Shown: piece by piece, positions 49,834-61,399 of the stretch
Position numbering within the stretch: the stretch's first letter is position 1
Layout: every line of letters starts with the position of its first letter
Assembly (NCBI GenBank): GCA_963811105.1
Contig: CAWEPZ010000001.1
Span: 32,001 to 96,000, forward strand
Length of the DNA: 64,000 nt
Source of the DNA: Candidatus Bathyarchaeota archaeon
GTDB taxonomy: Archaea; Thermoproteota; Bathyarchaeia; Bathyarchaeales; Bathycorpusculaceae
Direction of reading: 5' to 3'
The notes under the pieces: model-generated
Seen by the model: the letters and a program-made list of their open reading frames with translations, nothing else
Databases searched by the model: none
What the model was told of the DNA's origin: nothing
Translations under genes and position numbers: made by a program

Positions 49834-52727
49834 CTATTTGTCCCAGAATTCTCTTGTGCGTAGATACTGAATCTTCGCCTTAAGCAAATCTAAATAAAAC
49901 TGCTCCTCCTGCGGATGCATCCTGCCTAAAATCCGCGAAGCCGTTTCAGGGCCAACCCCTTTCACCTGCAATGCTCGAATTGCCTGTTTTACCATAGCTA
50001 AGCACTAAATCAGCTTTGCGTCTGGCGTTGCTTAGTTCTTTTAGTTCTTCAGGAGTTAGTTCCTTGTCTTCACGACGTTTCCTCAAATCTCCCTTCAACT
50101 TTTCTAAGTCTTGGCTTGGATAAAGGAGTGTGAGCAAACGTGAATTGCAGTTTTTGCATTGCGGTTCATCAGGCAGGTCTTTTATTCGCATCTGTGTTGT
50201 CCATGTTCCGCAGTTCATGCATAGCAGCTTTGCGCTTCGAACTTCAATTGAGTGTTTCATTCTGTCAATGTTGCTTAGGACTACATGTTCGGGCGCCATC
50301 AACTCTGCAGTGTCAGCGTACTGCATCAAAATGTGATATGCAAGAGGCGACGGCTTTTCATGCACAACTGCGCTTACATTTACTTTTCCATTTTTTATTT
50401 CTTGTATTATCTCTTTGACTTTTGGCAGATCCACTTTGTCCATCATGGCTTCTCGCAAAGTTTCATCATAAATCGGTGTGCCCTCGAAAGCCGCCTTGAG
50501 CTTTTCTCCCCGCTCAGACATAGCTAAAGTTTTTCCCCTCGGAATAGCTCCGAATCTTTCAGCAATAGCTTTCATCCTTGCCACGAATGGAAATTTGGAG
50601 TTAACATAATTCAAAAAAGCTTCATCAATTCGCTGGTCAGTTAAATCGAAGAGTTCTCTTGGCAAGCCTTCAGCTTCTTGTTTGGAAAGTTTGTGGGTGG
50701 TTTCTAGCAGGATACGGTATCCGTCTGTCCACCATCCGGTGATTGCCTCGCGTTCAGACAGAACTGAATCAAAGATTCCGCCTAGTGTTCGGTTAACAAG
50801 CTCGCCGAAACATGCGTGAACAACAACATATCGATCCAATGTTTCTATAACTATGCGGTTTTGCGTAGGCAACGGTGTTCCTGTTTTGAGGTGTTCGTCA
50901 ATTTCCAGTGCAGCTTCCAGAAGTGTTGCTTTGTCAGTCTTCAATTCAACAGCCAATATCTCAGCTGCATCCTCAGGTTTCTTGCCCTCTTTAATCAATT
51001 TCCCGATTTTCTCTCGCATTTCCCCTGTCTGCTGCGCTAAACCAAAAGGCACCGGCAGGATTTCTCCATCCCACCCTGGAATTGCTGCTGACGGATCCTC
51101 CGCTGGAATAACATGTACTGTTCCTGTTTCTTCGTTTATTTGGACCATGCGCCAGACTTTTCCCCGCATGATAAAATGCAAACCTACCCGAGCGTGCAGT
51201 GTCATGAATTCGTCGCCTAAAGTGCCGATTTTTCTGTCAGTTAGAACATTGATTACTGGATAGCGTTTCTCATCAGGAATCATTGATAAGTTGCTGTAGT
51301 AATATTCGCGGGTTCTTCCTGTTTTCTCCAAGACTTTGCCTTCTTCTTCCAATCTAAGGTTGCGTAAGCTCTCTAAAAAACCAATTACATCCTCAAGCTG
51401 CTTCCTGCTCAAGGTGCTGTATGGGTAAGCTCGATTGATTATTTTAAAGAGTTCAGTTTGGCTTATGCTTTGTTTATCCATAAGGATGCCTGCAATTTGA
51501 TGAGCCAAAACATCCAGCGCGTTTTTGTGCATAAGCACTGGTTCAAGCCTGATTTTGTTGGCGTTTTCTACAGCTGCTATGGATTCTAACGTGTCATCGG
51601 GGTAAGCAGTGAGGATGACTCCTTCTGAGAGCCGTTCAAGACTATGGCCGCTTCTACCGACCCGTTGGATTAAGCTGCTGACTTGCCTTGGCGACATGTA
51701 TTGAATAACTAAATCTACATTGCCAATGTCAATGCCCAACTCTAATGTGCTTGTGCAGATAATTGCTTTGAGCGTTCCAGCCTTGAAAGCGTCCTCTACG
51801 CTAGTGCGTTCTTCCTTCGAAAGCGAACCATGATGCACGGATACATCATTTCGGTTTAGTTGGTCAAATCTGTGCCCGAGCAACTCAGCGATTGTTCGGC
51901 TGTTCACAAAAACCAGAGTAGATTTATGGTTGTCTATGAGCTCGATTAGTCGACGGATTCTAGCTGAGGCTTCAGGAGTTGTTTCCAGTTTAGCCGCAAT
52001 TTCGTAGTCTTTTTCTGTTGGCGTTAAATATTCTACTCGGTAGCGGTAGTTCTTAGCCAAAACAGCTTGTACAATGTCGATTTCTCTGTGGGTTCCTGCA
52101 ATAAACTTTGCCACTTCTTCAGGATTGCCTACAGTTGCTGATAAGCCAATTCTTTGAAACTCTTTACCTGTTACTTCAAAGACGCGTTCAAGCGCTATTG
52201 CCAACTGGGCACCACGTTTACTTTCAGCTAAATCATGAACCTCATCAATTATTACGCATTGCACATTACTTAGGTGACGGCGCATTTGGGACCCCGGAAG
52301 AATCGCCTGCAGTGTTTCAGGGGTAGTAACTAGCATTTGTGGAGGTTGACGCGCTTGTTTTCTGCGGATTTTCATTTCAGTATCGCCATGCCGCACTTCA
52401 ACAGTAATGCCTAATTGTTCGCTCCAAAATGTTAACCGCTTGAACATGTCACGGTTCAACGCACGAAGCGGCGTGATATAAATTACTTGTATGCCGTTTT
52501 GCTCTTGATTTTTCTCTTCAACTAAACGGGAGAATACTGGGAGAAGCACAGCTTCTGTTTTCCCAGTGCCAGTTGGCGCAATCAAAAGAACATTCTTTCC
52601 CTCAAGAATTGGAGGAAACGCCAGAGTCTGAGGTAATGTTGGCTCAGAAAAGCCAAGCTCTGCCTAGTGCTTTTTGGACAGGTTTAGCGAGTAATTCGAA
52701 AACAGAAGTTGACTTGTCAATCTGCAT
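49834..52727 (-). CDS. lhr: Lhr-family SF2 helicase (frameshifts at about 52663 and 49988)
   Basis: APTGTGKT, PLRALNRD, DEVH, LELGID, QRVGRSGH, C-terminal CxxC pairs; both termini continue in shifted frames (MQIDKS..., GVGPETASRIL...TREFWDK). Confidence 0.92.
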
Positions 52728-52915
52728 TTTCTTTATTTAGATAGCTGCAAAAGGAGTGCTTTAACTCTTTAGAATAAAACCCACATAATTTTGCCTAATT
52801 GATATGACGTATTGCTCAGTTGTTTTCCCTTGAATAGGGAAAAAAGTTGACAAATAGTTGCAGCGTAATGACTCAAACAAGAAAATCTGATTAAGTGACT
52901 AAGTAGAATTTTGAT

Positions 52916-54130
52916 TTAACGTTTGAAAGAAGAAATAAGAAGAGAAATTAGGTAATCGTTTTCGACTAGTCCGTACGCTCCTTTTTTTGCAGAGAACTCA
53001 TCGAACTTTTTGACTCCATCAGGTTTTAGATTTGGCGATTTGATTGCGAAGGGCACTGGTTCTCTTGAGTGGGTTCCGATTTTTATAGGTGTGGGATGAT
53101 CAGGCAGTATTGCAATTGCGTATGGCTCGCTTATGCCGTTAAGAATTCTGCCGAGTAGTCTTTTGTCTAGGTCTTCGATGGTTTTTACTTTTAATGTGTA
53201 GTCTTTGCAGTGTCCGGCTTCGTCGGGCGCTTCTACATGAACAAAAACCAAATCATTGCTTTGAAGAGCTTTCAAGGCGGCGTCTGCTTTGCCCTCATAG
53301 TTAGTGTCATACATTCCTGTGGCTCCGGGGACGTTGATGATTTCCATTCCGGCGTAAGTGCCGATTCCTTTCACCAAATCAACGGCAGATATGACTGCAG
53401 ATTTCAATCCATACTTTTCTTTCAGAGTTGGCATGGATGGCTTTTTGCCTCCGCCCCAAGGCCAAATTAAGTTGCCTGGTCGTTTGCCCGCTTTTTCCCG
53501 TGCAATGTTTATAGGATGAGACTTCAGAATATTGCGGGAACCGTTAACTAAGTTTCTTAGTAATTGCGCGGTTTTTTCTGCTTCTGGCGTCCTCGCTTTT
53601 GGCAGTACCGCTGAAACACTTATTCCTGTAGCGTCATGTGGCGGAGTGCAAACGATAAGCTCGGGGTTTTGAAAGTTTCGCAGTATCAAAAAGTGTCTGT
53701 AATCAAGACCTGGGTAGAATTCAATTTCGCCTTTTTTTCCAAAAGCGTCATTTACAGCACCTATAAGTTTAGATGATTCCTGAGTTGTTATGTGTCCTGC
53801 AGAGTAATCAAGGATGAGTCCATCTTTCTCAGTTATCAAGTTACATCGGTATGCTGCGTCCTTTTCTGCAAGTTTTATGCCTCTAGAAGGCGCTTCGAGT
53901 GGGCCTCTGCCAGTGCAGTATATTCGCGGGTCGTAACCTAGAAGTGAGCATATAGCGGCGTCTGAACCTGGATTTAACTCGTCAGGAACCGTTTTGATGA
54001 GACCGCTTCTGCCTTGGGCTGCGATTGAATCCATGTTAGGTTTGTATGCTGCTTGAAGAGGAGTTTTGTTTCCCAATTCAGGAACTGGGTAATCAGCCAT
54101 TCCGTCTCCAACAACGAGAATAAACTTCAT
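52916..54130 (-). CDS. apgM: Cofactor-independent phosphoglycerate mutase (ApgM family)
   Basis: GDGMAD, PGSD, GRGPLEA, HVEAPDEAGH, DHPTP...H. Confidence 0.9.
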   Translation of the reverse strand: MKFILVVGDGMADYPVPELGNKTPLQAAYKPNMDSIAAQGRSGLIKTVPDELNPGSDAAICSLLGYDPRIYCTGRGPLEAPSRGIKLAEKDAAYRCNLITEKDGLILDYSAGHITTQESSKLIGAVNDAFGKKGEIEFYPGLDYRHFLILRNFQNPELIVCTPPHDATGISVSAVLPKARTPEAEKTAQLLRNLVNGSRNILKSHPINIAREKAGKRPGNLIWPWGGGKKPSMPTLKEKYGLKSAVISAVDLVKGIGTYAGMEIINVPGATGMYDTNYEGKADAALKALQSNDLVFVHVEAPDEAGHCKDYTLKVKTIEDLDKRLLGRILNGISEPYAIAILPDHPTPIKIGTHSREPVPFAIKSPNLKPDGVKKFDEFSAKKGAYGLVENDYLISLLISSFKR

Positions 54131-54561
54131 TTAATTAACTCCGAGTTGTTTCTTAGTCAGATTATTGCTTTATTATCTGATGTTTGTTTTTCTTTGTTTT
54201 CAGAAGATATTGTGGTCATAAGTTTATTTGCTTACTGGTTAAACTGAAACTCAAATGTTTCTTGCTTTTACCTTTGTTTGTAGAAAGCTTTTCTGAATAT
54301 TTTTATACAAAAGAGGATTTATGTTTTCAAGCAACTGTCAGTTTAGTTATGTATCTCTTTAAAACGATTTGTATGCAGAGAAACGGATACGATGCAATAG
54401 CCGTGTTGTTTTGTGAAAAGGTGCAGTTTGAGTGTCTTAATATTTTCATTTTGCATTTCTAAATTATAATAGGCGCTCGTTCGCTCAATTTCAATGAGGG
54501 AAGTGATGGTTAATTAAGCTTATTAGCTCGCTCCTCTCATAATTGTGGAAGGTTCGATGAA

Positions 54562-54990
54562 ATGACCGCAGCTCCCTTTGCAAGCACGATTGTGGCAGTA
54601 GCTCTAATCCCTGTAGCGTTCTTTTTTGTTCATGCCTTCCTCAGTGGAAAGCGCAAGAACCGTTTTCATCCAGTTACTGGAATTCTAGCAGTTACTTGGG
54701 ACTTAACGGTTTCAATAGGCTACATGATTTATCGAACATTTGGCGGATCAGCAAACGGGTCAACTCTTCAGCTAACCCCTCTTCTAAACGCTTACTTCAT
54801 TATTGTCCACGTACCTATTGCGATTCTCGTAATGTCGTTGGAAATAGTTGTTTTTGCCCTTGGCTTATGGCAGCTAAAAAAGAGAACCGCAAACCGATGG
54901 CACGGGAAAATAGCAAAAGCCCTGTTCTTCATTTGGTGGTTCGCTTTTCTGTCGGGAGAAATACTCTACATCTTGCTCTATATGATTTGA
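54562..54990 (+). CDS. Four-TM DUF420-like membrane protein
   Basis: Four hydrophobic helices with His at RFHP, IVHV and RWHG. Confidence 0.65.
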   Translation: MTAAPFASTIVAVALIPVAFFFVHAFLSGKRKNRFHPVTGILAVTWDLTVSIGYMIYRTFGGSANGSTLQLTPLLNAYFIIVHVPIAILVMSLEIVVFALGLWQLKKRTANRWHGKIAKALFFIWWFAFLSGEILYILLYMI

Positions 54991-55499
54991 GATGTTGAAA
55001 ACAAGAGTTAATTAAAAAAATGAATAAACAAGAAGGGGCATCTTAACTAAAAGAATTCTTAACTAAATGTAATTTAACTTCTAATTCATTCATTTTAATA
55101 GAGCCAAACCCAAATGATAACCTGTCAAAAGGACATAAAATACGCATATAGCTTCTATGAATAATTCTTACAGAGAACAAGTGAAAACAATTACTTAAAA
55201 AACATGACTTAGCGGTAATAGAAGAACAAAATCAAATTATAAACTATAAACCTAAACCAACCCAAATTGACATCATTTAAATACTTTATTTTAGCTCTCA
55301 ACTAATCCAAGTGGTCTTTGAGCATTTTGAAATGCTGTGAAGTCGCAACAAAAGCAAACTGACTCGACAATAGACTCTGATAAGACCACATGAAACATTA
55401 AACAGTAAAATCCCTATGAAATAGGCGAAATAATTATAGAAGGAAAAAACGAATGGAAAACTCTGATACAGAACGCGAGTCTGCCCTGTAAAAATCGTC

Positions 55500-56000
55500 T
55501 TATAGACGCATCATGTGGCTTAAAATATGAATTATCAAGATGAGGTAGAATGCTGTCGTCATGCTGATATGTATAAATCTTATCTGCCTTCTTGAACTCT
55601 GCATTATGTTGAACCTTTGAAGAAGACCCGTCACTACAAGCGTCAGCACGGCAACAAATAATGCAAATCCCGTTCCAATGAAGGACACACTTGTTATCCA
55701 ATACGTGAAGTGAACAGAAATAAACATGAAGGCAATCAGATTTCCAAAAACGTGTATTCTTACCCATGCTTTGAGTCTCATGGGACGACGACGGTTCAGA
55801 ACATAAAATGCAGGTGTAACAAACGCGATCCATAAGCCCCCTATCAAGACCAGCAAATGAGTAAATTGTAAAGGACCTACAAAAAAACCGAACAAAGACT
55901 TGTCAAGAATTGTAAATGCCAAAAGACATATCGTGAAAAGAATTATAAATAGAGCGCCCAATAGATCAGGGTCTCTTAAATTAACCATATCTTTAATCAC
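55500..56000 (-). CDS. His-rich multi-TM protein, possibly heme b binding
   Basis: WVRIHVFG...ISVHF and RFIHISM...IIHIL: two helices, each with two His 14 residues apart. Confidence 0.65.
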   Translation of the reverse strand: MIKDMVNLRDPDLLGALFIILFTICLLAFTILDKSLFGFFVGPLQFTHLLVLIGGLWIAFVTPAFYVLNRRRPMRLKAWVRIHVFGNLIAFMFISVHFTYWITSVSFIGTGFALFVAVLTLVVTGLLQRFNIMQSSRRQIRFIHISMTTAFYLILIIHILSHMMRL

Positions 56001-56191
56001 TTTGCTTTTAATACATTAAAAACTCTAAGACATATACGTCATCGTTATATTTTAACATAGCAAGAATTATTTAACACTGAAGACACGACAGTACACCATA
56101 ATTATTGAAGGACAGAACAAATAGAAAACTCTAATTGAGAAAGTAAGCAAAAACCGTAATTTCTTTTTTTGTGGAATTCCGTCTTTAACTG

Positions 56192-56559
56192 TTACACGTC
56201 AATAAATAAGTCGTTGCCGTCCACTTTCACTTCATAGACTGGTAAACCTTGAGTATTTCCAGAGATTGCTTTCCTCGTTATTACGTCGAAGCATGAAAAA
56301 TGACGAGAGCAGGCAACAATTGTGTTATTCAGAGTGCCCTTGAAGAGCATAGCATTCATATTGGGGCATCAATCGCCGATGACATAGAACTTGCCTTCAA
56401 CGTTAGCAATCAGTATCTTTTTTCCATCAACTTCCACATAAATCATCTTGCCTACGGGAATATCGCTTGTTTTGGCGGCTTTCACAAAAGTCGCAGTTTG
56501 TCCTGTGCTTCAATTACTGCAGAAAAATCTACTTGTTTCGAAATATTTTCAGTTGTCAC
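56192..56559 (-). pseudogene. Rieske-type ferredoxin pseudogene
   Basis: FVKAAKTSDIPVGKM...GKFYVIGD*CPN...VACSRHFSCFDV...VYEVKVDG; stop at 56369-56371, first His ligand lost, 5' frameshift. Confidence 0.8.
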
Positions 56560-56925
56560 GCTCGAACACCACCTAAGCAGCAAGATTAAGCTAGATAAAC
56601 TAAATTTATGAATTATCAGTTCACAATAATTTTGGCGTTAGATGTACGTGGCAAGTTATCCACCGAAAAGTAACAGCCCTTTTTGAGCAACTGCATTATC
56701 ACGCGATTCTTAACAGAAATACTTATCGCCTATGACGTTAACAGAACCCAAGAGAAATTGCCGAAGCCCAAATGTGGCTAAAGAGCCTTTCTTCTCTTCG
56801 TTAACTAATATGGAAAAAGCAAAGAACCTCTCTATTGCAGCGAACTATTCGCGGATAATTCGCATTTACGCCTTAATGTATTTAGAACAAAAAAAAGAAG
56901 AAAGATAGTTGGTTTTTTTATGCGA

Positions 56926-59571
56926 TTATTTTTGTCTGCCGAATTTGAGCATAACAACTGTGGCTGCAATGATTGTTATGATTATTGCAACTGCTGCTAT
57001 CGCTATGTAGGTCATCAATGATGCTTCTGTTGCCACCGCACTTACAGTTGTTGTAGTCGTTGATGTTGGCGCTGCGGCTCCTGAGCCGACTGTCAAACCG
57101 GTTGTTGCGACCGAGCTACCGTAGGATGGTGTTCCTGCGAAAATAGCTGTAATTTTGTAAACGCCTGCTGTTGGGGGTGTCCATGCGTATTGGAAGGTGC
57201 CGGTTATGTCGCTTGTTGCTGTGCCTATGTTAACGCTGTTTCCGTTCGAGTCTGTGGCTACCAAGTTAACTGGGACTCCAGTTACTGTGACATTAGTTGG
57301 GATTGGAATTTGCATGTAAATGTATTCCATGTATGCGCTCATTGATTGATCAGATATACATGCAAGTTTTGGCTCTGCTTCTGAAGCTGTGCCTACTGGT
57401 GAAGTGGTGGATGGAAGTGTGCCTGGCGATTGATCCATTACGGTTCCTTGGATTAATACGCTTGTTCCGGCTGTTACTTCAGTTTGTGGTGCTGTTACGG
57501 TTGTTTCGCTTTTGCTTGGGCCGAAAACGTACATAAATCCGTCGTATCCGCTGCCAGCTGTTAGATAGCCGTCTGCAAATGCGCCTGGGGTCATGTATCC
57601 GGTGATGTTCCACATGTTTGTGCCAGTGGTAGCGTTAAGAGCGTACATTTTCCAGCCTCTGGTCATGGGCTGTGAGGGGGTGTGTTCGTTACTGAACACG
57701 AAAATTTTTCCGTCGCCGACGCTAACGCCTCCTGATCCGAAGAATGAGTATTGGTTGATGCCGTCAGTTGTGTACGGTGTTTCGAATGCGTAGGGTGTTG
57801 GTGATATGAAGTGCCAAGCTATTTTTCCCGTTGACCAGTTTATCGCGTAAACTCCGTCGTAGGTCTGTGTGTATATTAAGCCGTAACCAGATTCCGCAGA
57901 GTATGACCAGAAACATCCCCATGGATCTCCAGTTTGCTCGCTTACCCAAGCTTGTTTGCCCGTTCTAAGGTCCCATGCTGCCCATTGTCTTTGTGTTTGT
58001 GTTGATGCTGCATACATTCCGTTGTCAGCCATGCCATCTTCAAAGTATGTGAGACTTGAAGTTACGTTCCAAAGCAGTTTTCCTGTTGTTAAGTCGACGC
58101 CCTGAAGGAATCTTGAAATTTGTGTGCCTGCGGTTGAAACTGTGCCTGTTGTAACTGCTATGCCAGTGTTGAAATCGGCAGTGCCCAAGCTGGCAAATGG
58201 ATAGCTTACGTTGCTAATTATTCTGGTGGTAAAGTCTGTGCTGCTTCCGGTTAGGTTCCAGATAACCAGGCGATATGGATCAGTAGTTACGCCTGTGGTT
58301 TGTACGCTGTAGACTTTCTCGTTTCCCCACACTGTGCCCGTAAAAGGAATTGTTATGTTTGTGCTGGCTGCGCCTGTGAATGGATTGTACTTCACTAGTC
58401 TGGTTGCGCTGATGTAAACTAGCGATGGTGCTGATCTCCAGTCGGATTCTGCTCCTACTACTTCTGGAGTGGCTGCTTCCCACATGATTCTAGTTGGTAT
58501 CATCGTTATGCCTGTTTGTTCCCAGTAGATTTGGCCTGTTCGCAAGTCGTAGCATTGCCAAACGCTCGTAGGTAACATTACTTCTGAGCCGTTTACTAAT
58601 TGCATCATTGATTTTGTTATTGTTTGGTAGCATCTGCCCATGAAGATTATGCTTGGGAAGTTTGTGTCCATACCGAATCCTCCTCCGCTGTAGATTGATG
58701 TTTGAACGCCTCCGCCTCCTCTTTCTGCTACGTCGCCGCCTACAATGCCGCCTAGTTCACCTGCGCGTCTCCAAATAACGTGCGCTGTGTTTGGTGCTGT
58801 AACGTATGGTCCTTGGAATCTGTAGTTGTTGGCGTATCCCCATGGATAGCTTCCTGCGATCTGCCACCATTCTCGGAAGTTGACTGAAATTGGTCGTGCC
58901 CAATAGCTTGTTGGGAGTGGTGCTGGTGGCCATGAGGCAACTAGATCAGTTTGTACTTCAAAGTTTATTGTTTTGCTTGTCGAGGTTTGATAGTAGGTTG
59001 ATGTTAGGTTTGTTCCTCCGGTTGCTGGGGCTCCTGCGAGCCTTGTTCCGTTGGGGTATGCGACTAGTACTCCGCCTAGGTAGAATCCTGCTGGGAGGTA
59101 TTGTCCTGGGAAGGTGAAAACTGCAGACCAATTGCCAATCTGGTCAGGTTCATAGGTGAACCATGCTGTTGAGTCGGCTGGGTATGAGTTTAGAGGTCCA
59201 ATTTTTTCGGTGGTTTTATCTGGTTTTGTTAAGGTTACGGTGTAGTCTTTGAGTGATCTGACTGCGTTGGGTGGGGGCTGAATCCACATGTTGACTAGTA
59301 TTGGTTGAGTTAAGCCTACTATAGAGGGACTAACACTTAGATAGGATGTTGTAGCAACTGTTCCGTCTGGTATGATTCCGCTGGCTAAAGGTCCCGTTGT
59401 GCCAGAAACAACTATTCCTTGAGGGTTGCCGGCCGTTATTCCTGCTGCTTTAGTTGGTGAAGTAAATGTTGCGGTTGAAGCCATTAAAAATATCAAAAGG
59501 GATATTACTGCAATGTTTGCTTTTTTTCTTGAAATATTCAATTTTATCTCTCCGTATTTGATTTTGAGCAA
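56926..59571 (-). CDS. Secreted, C-terminally anchored PQQ-like beta-propeller surface protein
   Basis: Signal peptide; repeated D/NxxTGxxxW motifs; Ig-like C-terminal domain; Thr-rich linker and TM anchor. Confidence 0.88.
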   Translation of the reverse strand: MLKIKYGEIKLNISRKKANIAVISLLIFLMASTATFTSPTKAAGITAGNPQGIVVSGTTGPLASGIIPDGTVATTSYLSVSPSIVGLTQPILVNMWIQPPPNAVRSLKDYTVTLTKPDKTTEKIGPLNSYPADSTAWFTYEPDQIGNWSAVFTFPGQYLPAGFYLGGVLVAYPNGTRLAGAPATGGTNLTSTYYQTSTSKTINFEVQTDLVASWPPAPLPTSYWARPISVNFREWWQIAGSYPWGYANNYRFQGPYVTAPNTAHVIWRRAGELGGIVGGDVAERGGGGVQTSIYSGGGFGMDTNFPSIIFMGRCYQTITKSMMQLVNGSEVMLPTSVWQCYDLRTGQIYWEQTGITMIPTRIMWEAATPEVVGAESDWRSAPSLVYISATRLVKYNPFTGAASTNITIPFTGTVWGNEKVYSVQTTGVTTDPYRLVIWNLTGSSTDFTTRIISNVSYPFASLGTADFNTGIAVTTGTVSTAGTQISRFLQGVDLTTGKLLWNVTSSLTYFEDGMADNGMYAASTQTQRQWAAWDLRTGKQAWVSEQTGDPWGCFWSYSAESGYGLIYTQTYDGVYAINWSTGKIAWHFISPTPYAFETPYTTDGINQYSFFGSGGVSVGDGKIFVFSNEHTPSQPMTRGWKMYALNATTGTNMWNITGYMTPGAFADGYLTAGSGYDGFMYVFGPSKSETTVTAPQTEVTAGTSVLIQGTVMDQSPGTLPSTTSPVGTASEAEPKLACISDQSMSAYMEYIYMQIPIPTNVTVTGVPVNLVATDSNGNSVNIGTATSDITGTFQYAWTPPTAGVYKITAIFAGTPSYGSSVATTGLTVGSGAAAPTSTTTTTVSAVATEASLMTYIAIAAVAIIITIIAATVVMLKFGRQK

Positions 59572-59832
59572 GAATTCTATTGCTCACGGAGCTATTTCCT
59601 TTAAAATTGCTTATAAGTTTTGAGTAGAATTTCCTTTTGCTTTAAGTAAAAAAAAAACTATTGGCGATTTGATTGGACAACGAGGCAGAAACGTCTGCTC
59701 CTTTGGCGCCTTGGGCCGAGTCTGAATAATAAGCGTAAAAACTTGTGTAACAATTTCGGATTATTCTCTGTTTTAATGAAGTTTCGTTTTGTTGTTAGAT
59801 TGGTTGATATTGTGTGTTTATAGAATTTCTCA

Positions 59833-60294
59833 CTAATTAGCTTTGCCGCATTCTGAGCAAAAAGCGCCTTGTTCAACTTTTGTTCCACAGTATTTGCAGT
59901 TTATAGGTAACCTAGCTATTAGGTGGTCAATTTTTAACATAGTTTGATTGTAGCTTGCTATCAATGATTGCCGTTCATTTTGCATTCTAGCTTGAAGTTG
60001 CTCAAGGTTTTTTGCAAAAGCAGTCGTTGTTATTTGTCTTTCAACTTGGAGGCTGGAAACTAGCTTTAATGAATTAGCTTTCACGATTCCAAACATTACT
60101 ATTGCTTGTCCAATTGACTGGATTACGGCACCAAATATCAACGCGCTTTGATTGTTGGGAACAATTTGTGATACTAATCCGAAAAGTCTACTTTCTTGTA
60201 AGATTATAAGTAAGCCAACAACAAAAAAGGCTAACCCAAGTATTATATAACCCCGAGGAGGAAAAACTATTTTCTTCATAAGACAATTCTCCAT
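59833..60294 (-). CDS. Two-TM, coiled-coil, zinc-ribbon protein
   Basis: CKYCG...FCSECG C-terminus; operator at 60357-60378. Confidence 0.75.
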   Translation of the reverse strand: MENCLMKKIVFPPRGYIILGLAFFVVGLLIILQESRLFGLVSQIVPNNQSALIFGAVIQSIGQAIVMFGIVKANSLKLVSSLQVERQITTTAFAKNLEQLQARMQNERQSLIASYNQTMLKIDHLIARLPINCKYCGTKVEQGAFCSECGKAN

Positions 60295-60356
60295 GCAGTA
60301 AAGATTACTCTGATTGAATTAGTAATTAACAAGGGCTAGTACGCTTAAAAGACGTT

Positions 60357-60378
60357 GTGACTGTAATTAAGCAACCAC
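60357..60378 (-). promoter_or_regulatory. 22-bp palindromic operator copy
   Basis: Minus strand GTGGTTGC-TTAATT-ACAGTCAC, 6 nt, TTTTAA. Confidence 0.7.
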
Positions 60379-60676
60379 AAACCCGCCGTTTATCATTGAG
60401 TCTCACACTTAGGATTCTAAAAACTTGTGACGTTCCTACCGCTTAGAAAACTGCGCAATTAAAGTTGTTCTTCTATTTAAGCGCTTTAAGTAAGGAATGG
60501 TTAAGCGAATTTGGTGATGCTGCATAATATTATTTTGGGCGTTTCACGTTTTCCAACTTCTGTAATTAACAAGTTGACAACCGATTGTGACTGACAGAAC
60601 ACAACAACAAAGCTATTTATTAAAACACGGGGTAAGAAATAAGCTAAATAAACAATTCAAGGAGTATTTGTTAGAA

Positions 60677-61012
60677 ATGCTTGAAGGATGGGAATGGATT
60701 ATCATCGGTGTTGTTGCTATCGTCATTATTATGTGGGGTCCTGCTAAGATTCCCGAGTTTGCTAAATCTTTAGGTAGGGCTAAAGGTGAATTTAGTAAGG
60801 CGCAGAAAGAGTTTACTGATGCTGCAACTGGTGCTGCTATGACTAACACTGCAGTTGTTGTTGAAAAGCGGCCTGCTTCTGCAATAAAGACTAAGGATGA
60901 GATGTTGCTTGAGACTGCTCAGCGGCTTGGAATACCTACCGAAGGCAAAACTAGAGAGCAAATATCCGAAGAAATATCCGTCAAAGTAAAATTGCTAGGC
61001 GCGGAACAATAA
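60677..61012 (+). CDS. tatA: Twin-arginine translocase TatA/E
   Basis: GWEWIII...WGPAKIPEFAKSLGRAKGEF. Confidence 0.9.
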   Translation: MLEGWEWIIIGVVAIVIIMWGPAKIPEFAKSLGRAKGEFSKAQKEFTDAATGAAMTNTAVVVEKRPASAIKTKDEMLLETAQRLGIPTEGKTREQISEEISVKVKLLGAEQ

Positions 61013-61399
61013 GTCTTCTTTCGCTTTATTTTTTTCGAAGCGGAACGAGTCTAAGTATAGGATCATTTGTTTTTGTTTCATTAAACCGCAACCTAATTTG
61101 CTTTATGAATTGATAGAGCTCGGAAAAGAAGAAAAGAAGGACAAAGCATCGGAACAAAGGTTTGATGCATCTTTATTTTTCAAATCTGATTGTAGGTTTG
61201 CAACTTTCCCGGTTGATCACGGCGCAGTATTTTAATTTGGATGTAACCGATCGATGAAGTAGATGAGCTCAATGCTTAAATTGCATAAAGATGCCGTAGA
61301 AGGTTTTATTACATGCAGACTCAAGACTTTGGTGGCAAGAAATTACGTGGAATCTAAAGTAAATTCGAGGTTAACAGAAAACTATTGAGAGTTGAAAAT

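Noticed and set aside
38820-52670. Programmed ribosomal frameshifting in cdc6, xpb, ldh or lhr
   Set aside because: No shared slippery heptamer or stimulatory structure; the pattern fits an assembly artefact
54157-54219. Thr/Ile attenuator leader peptide (MTTISS...) before apgM
   Set aside because: Too few regulatory codons and no convincing attenuator hairpins
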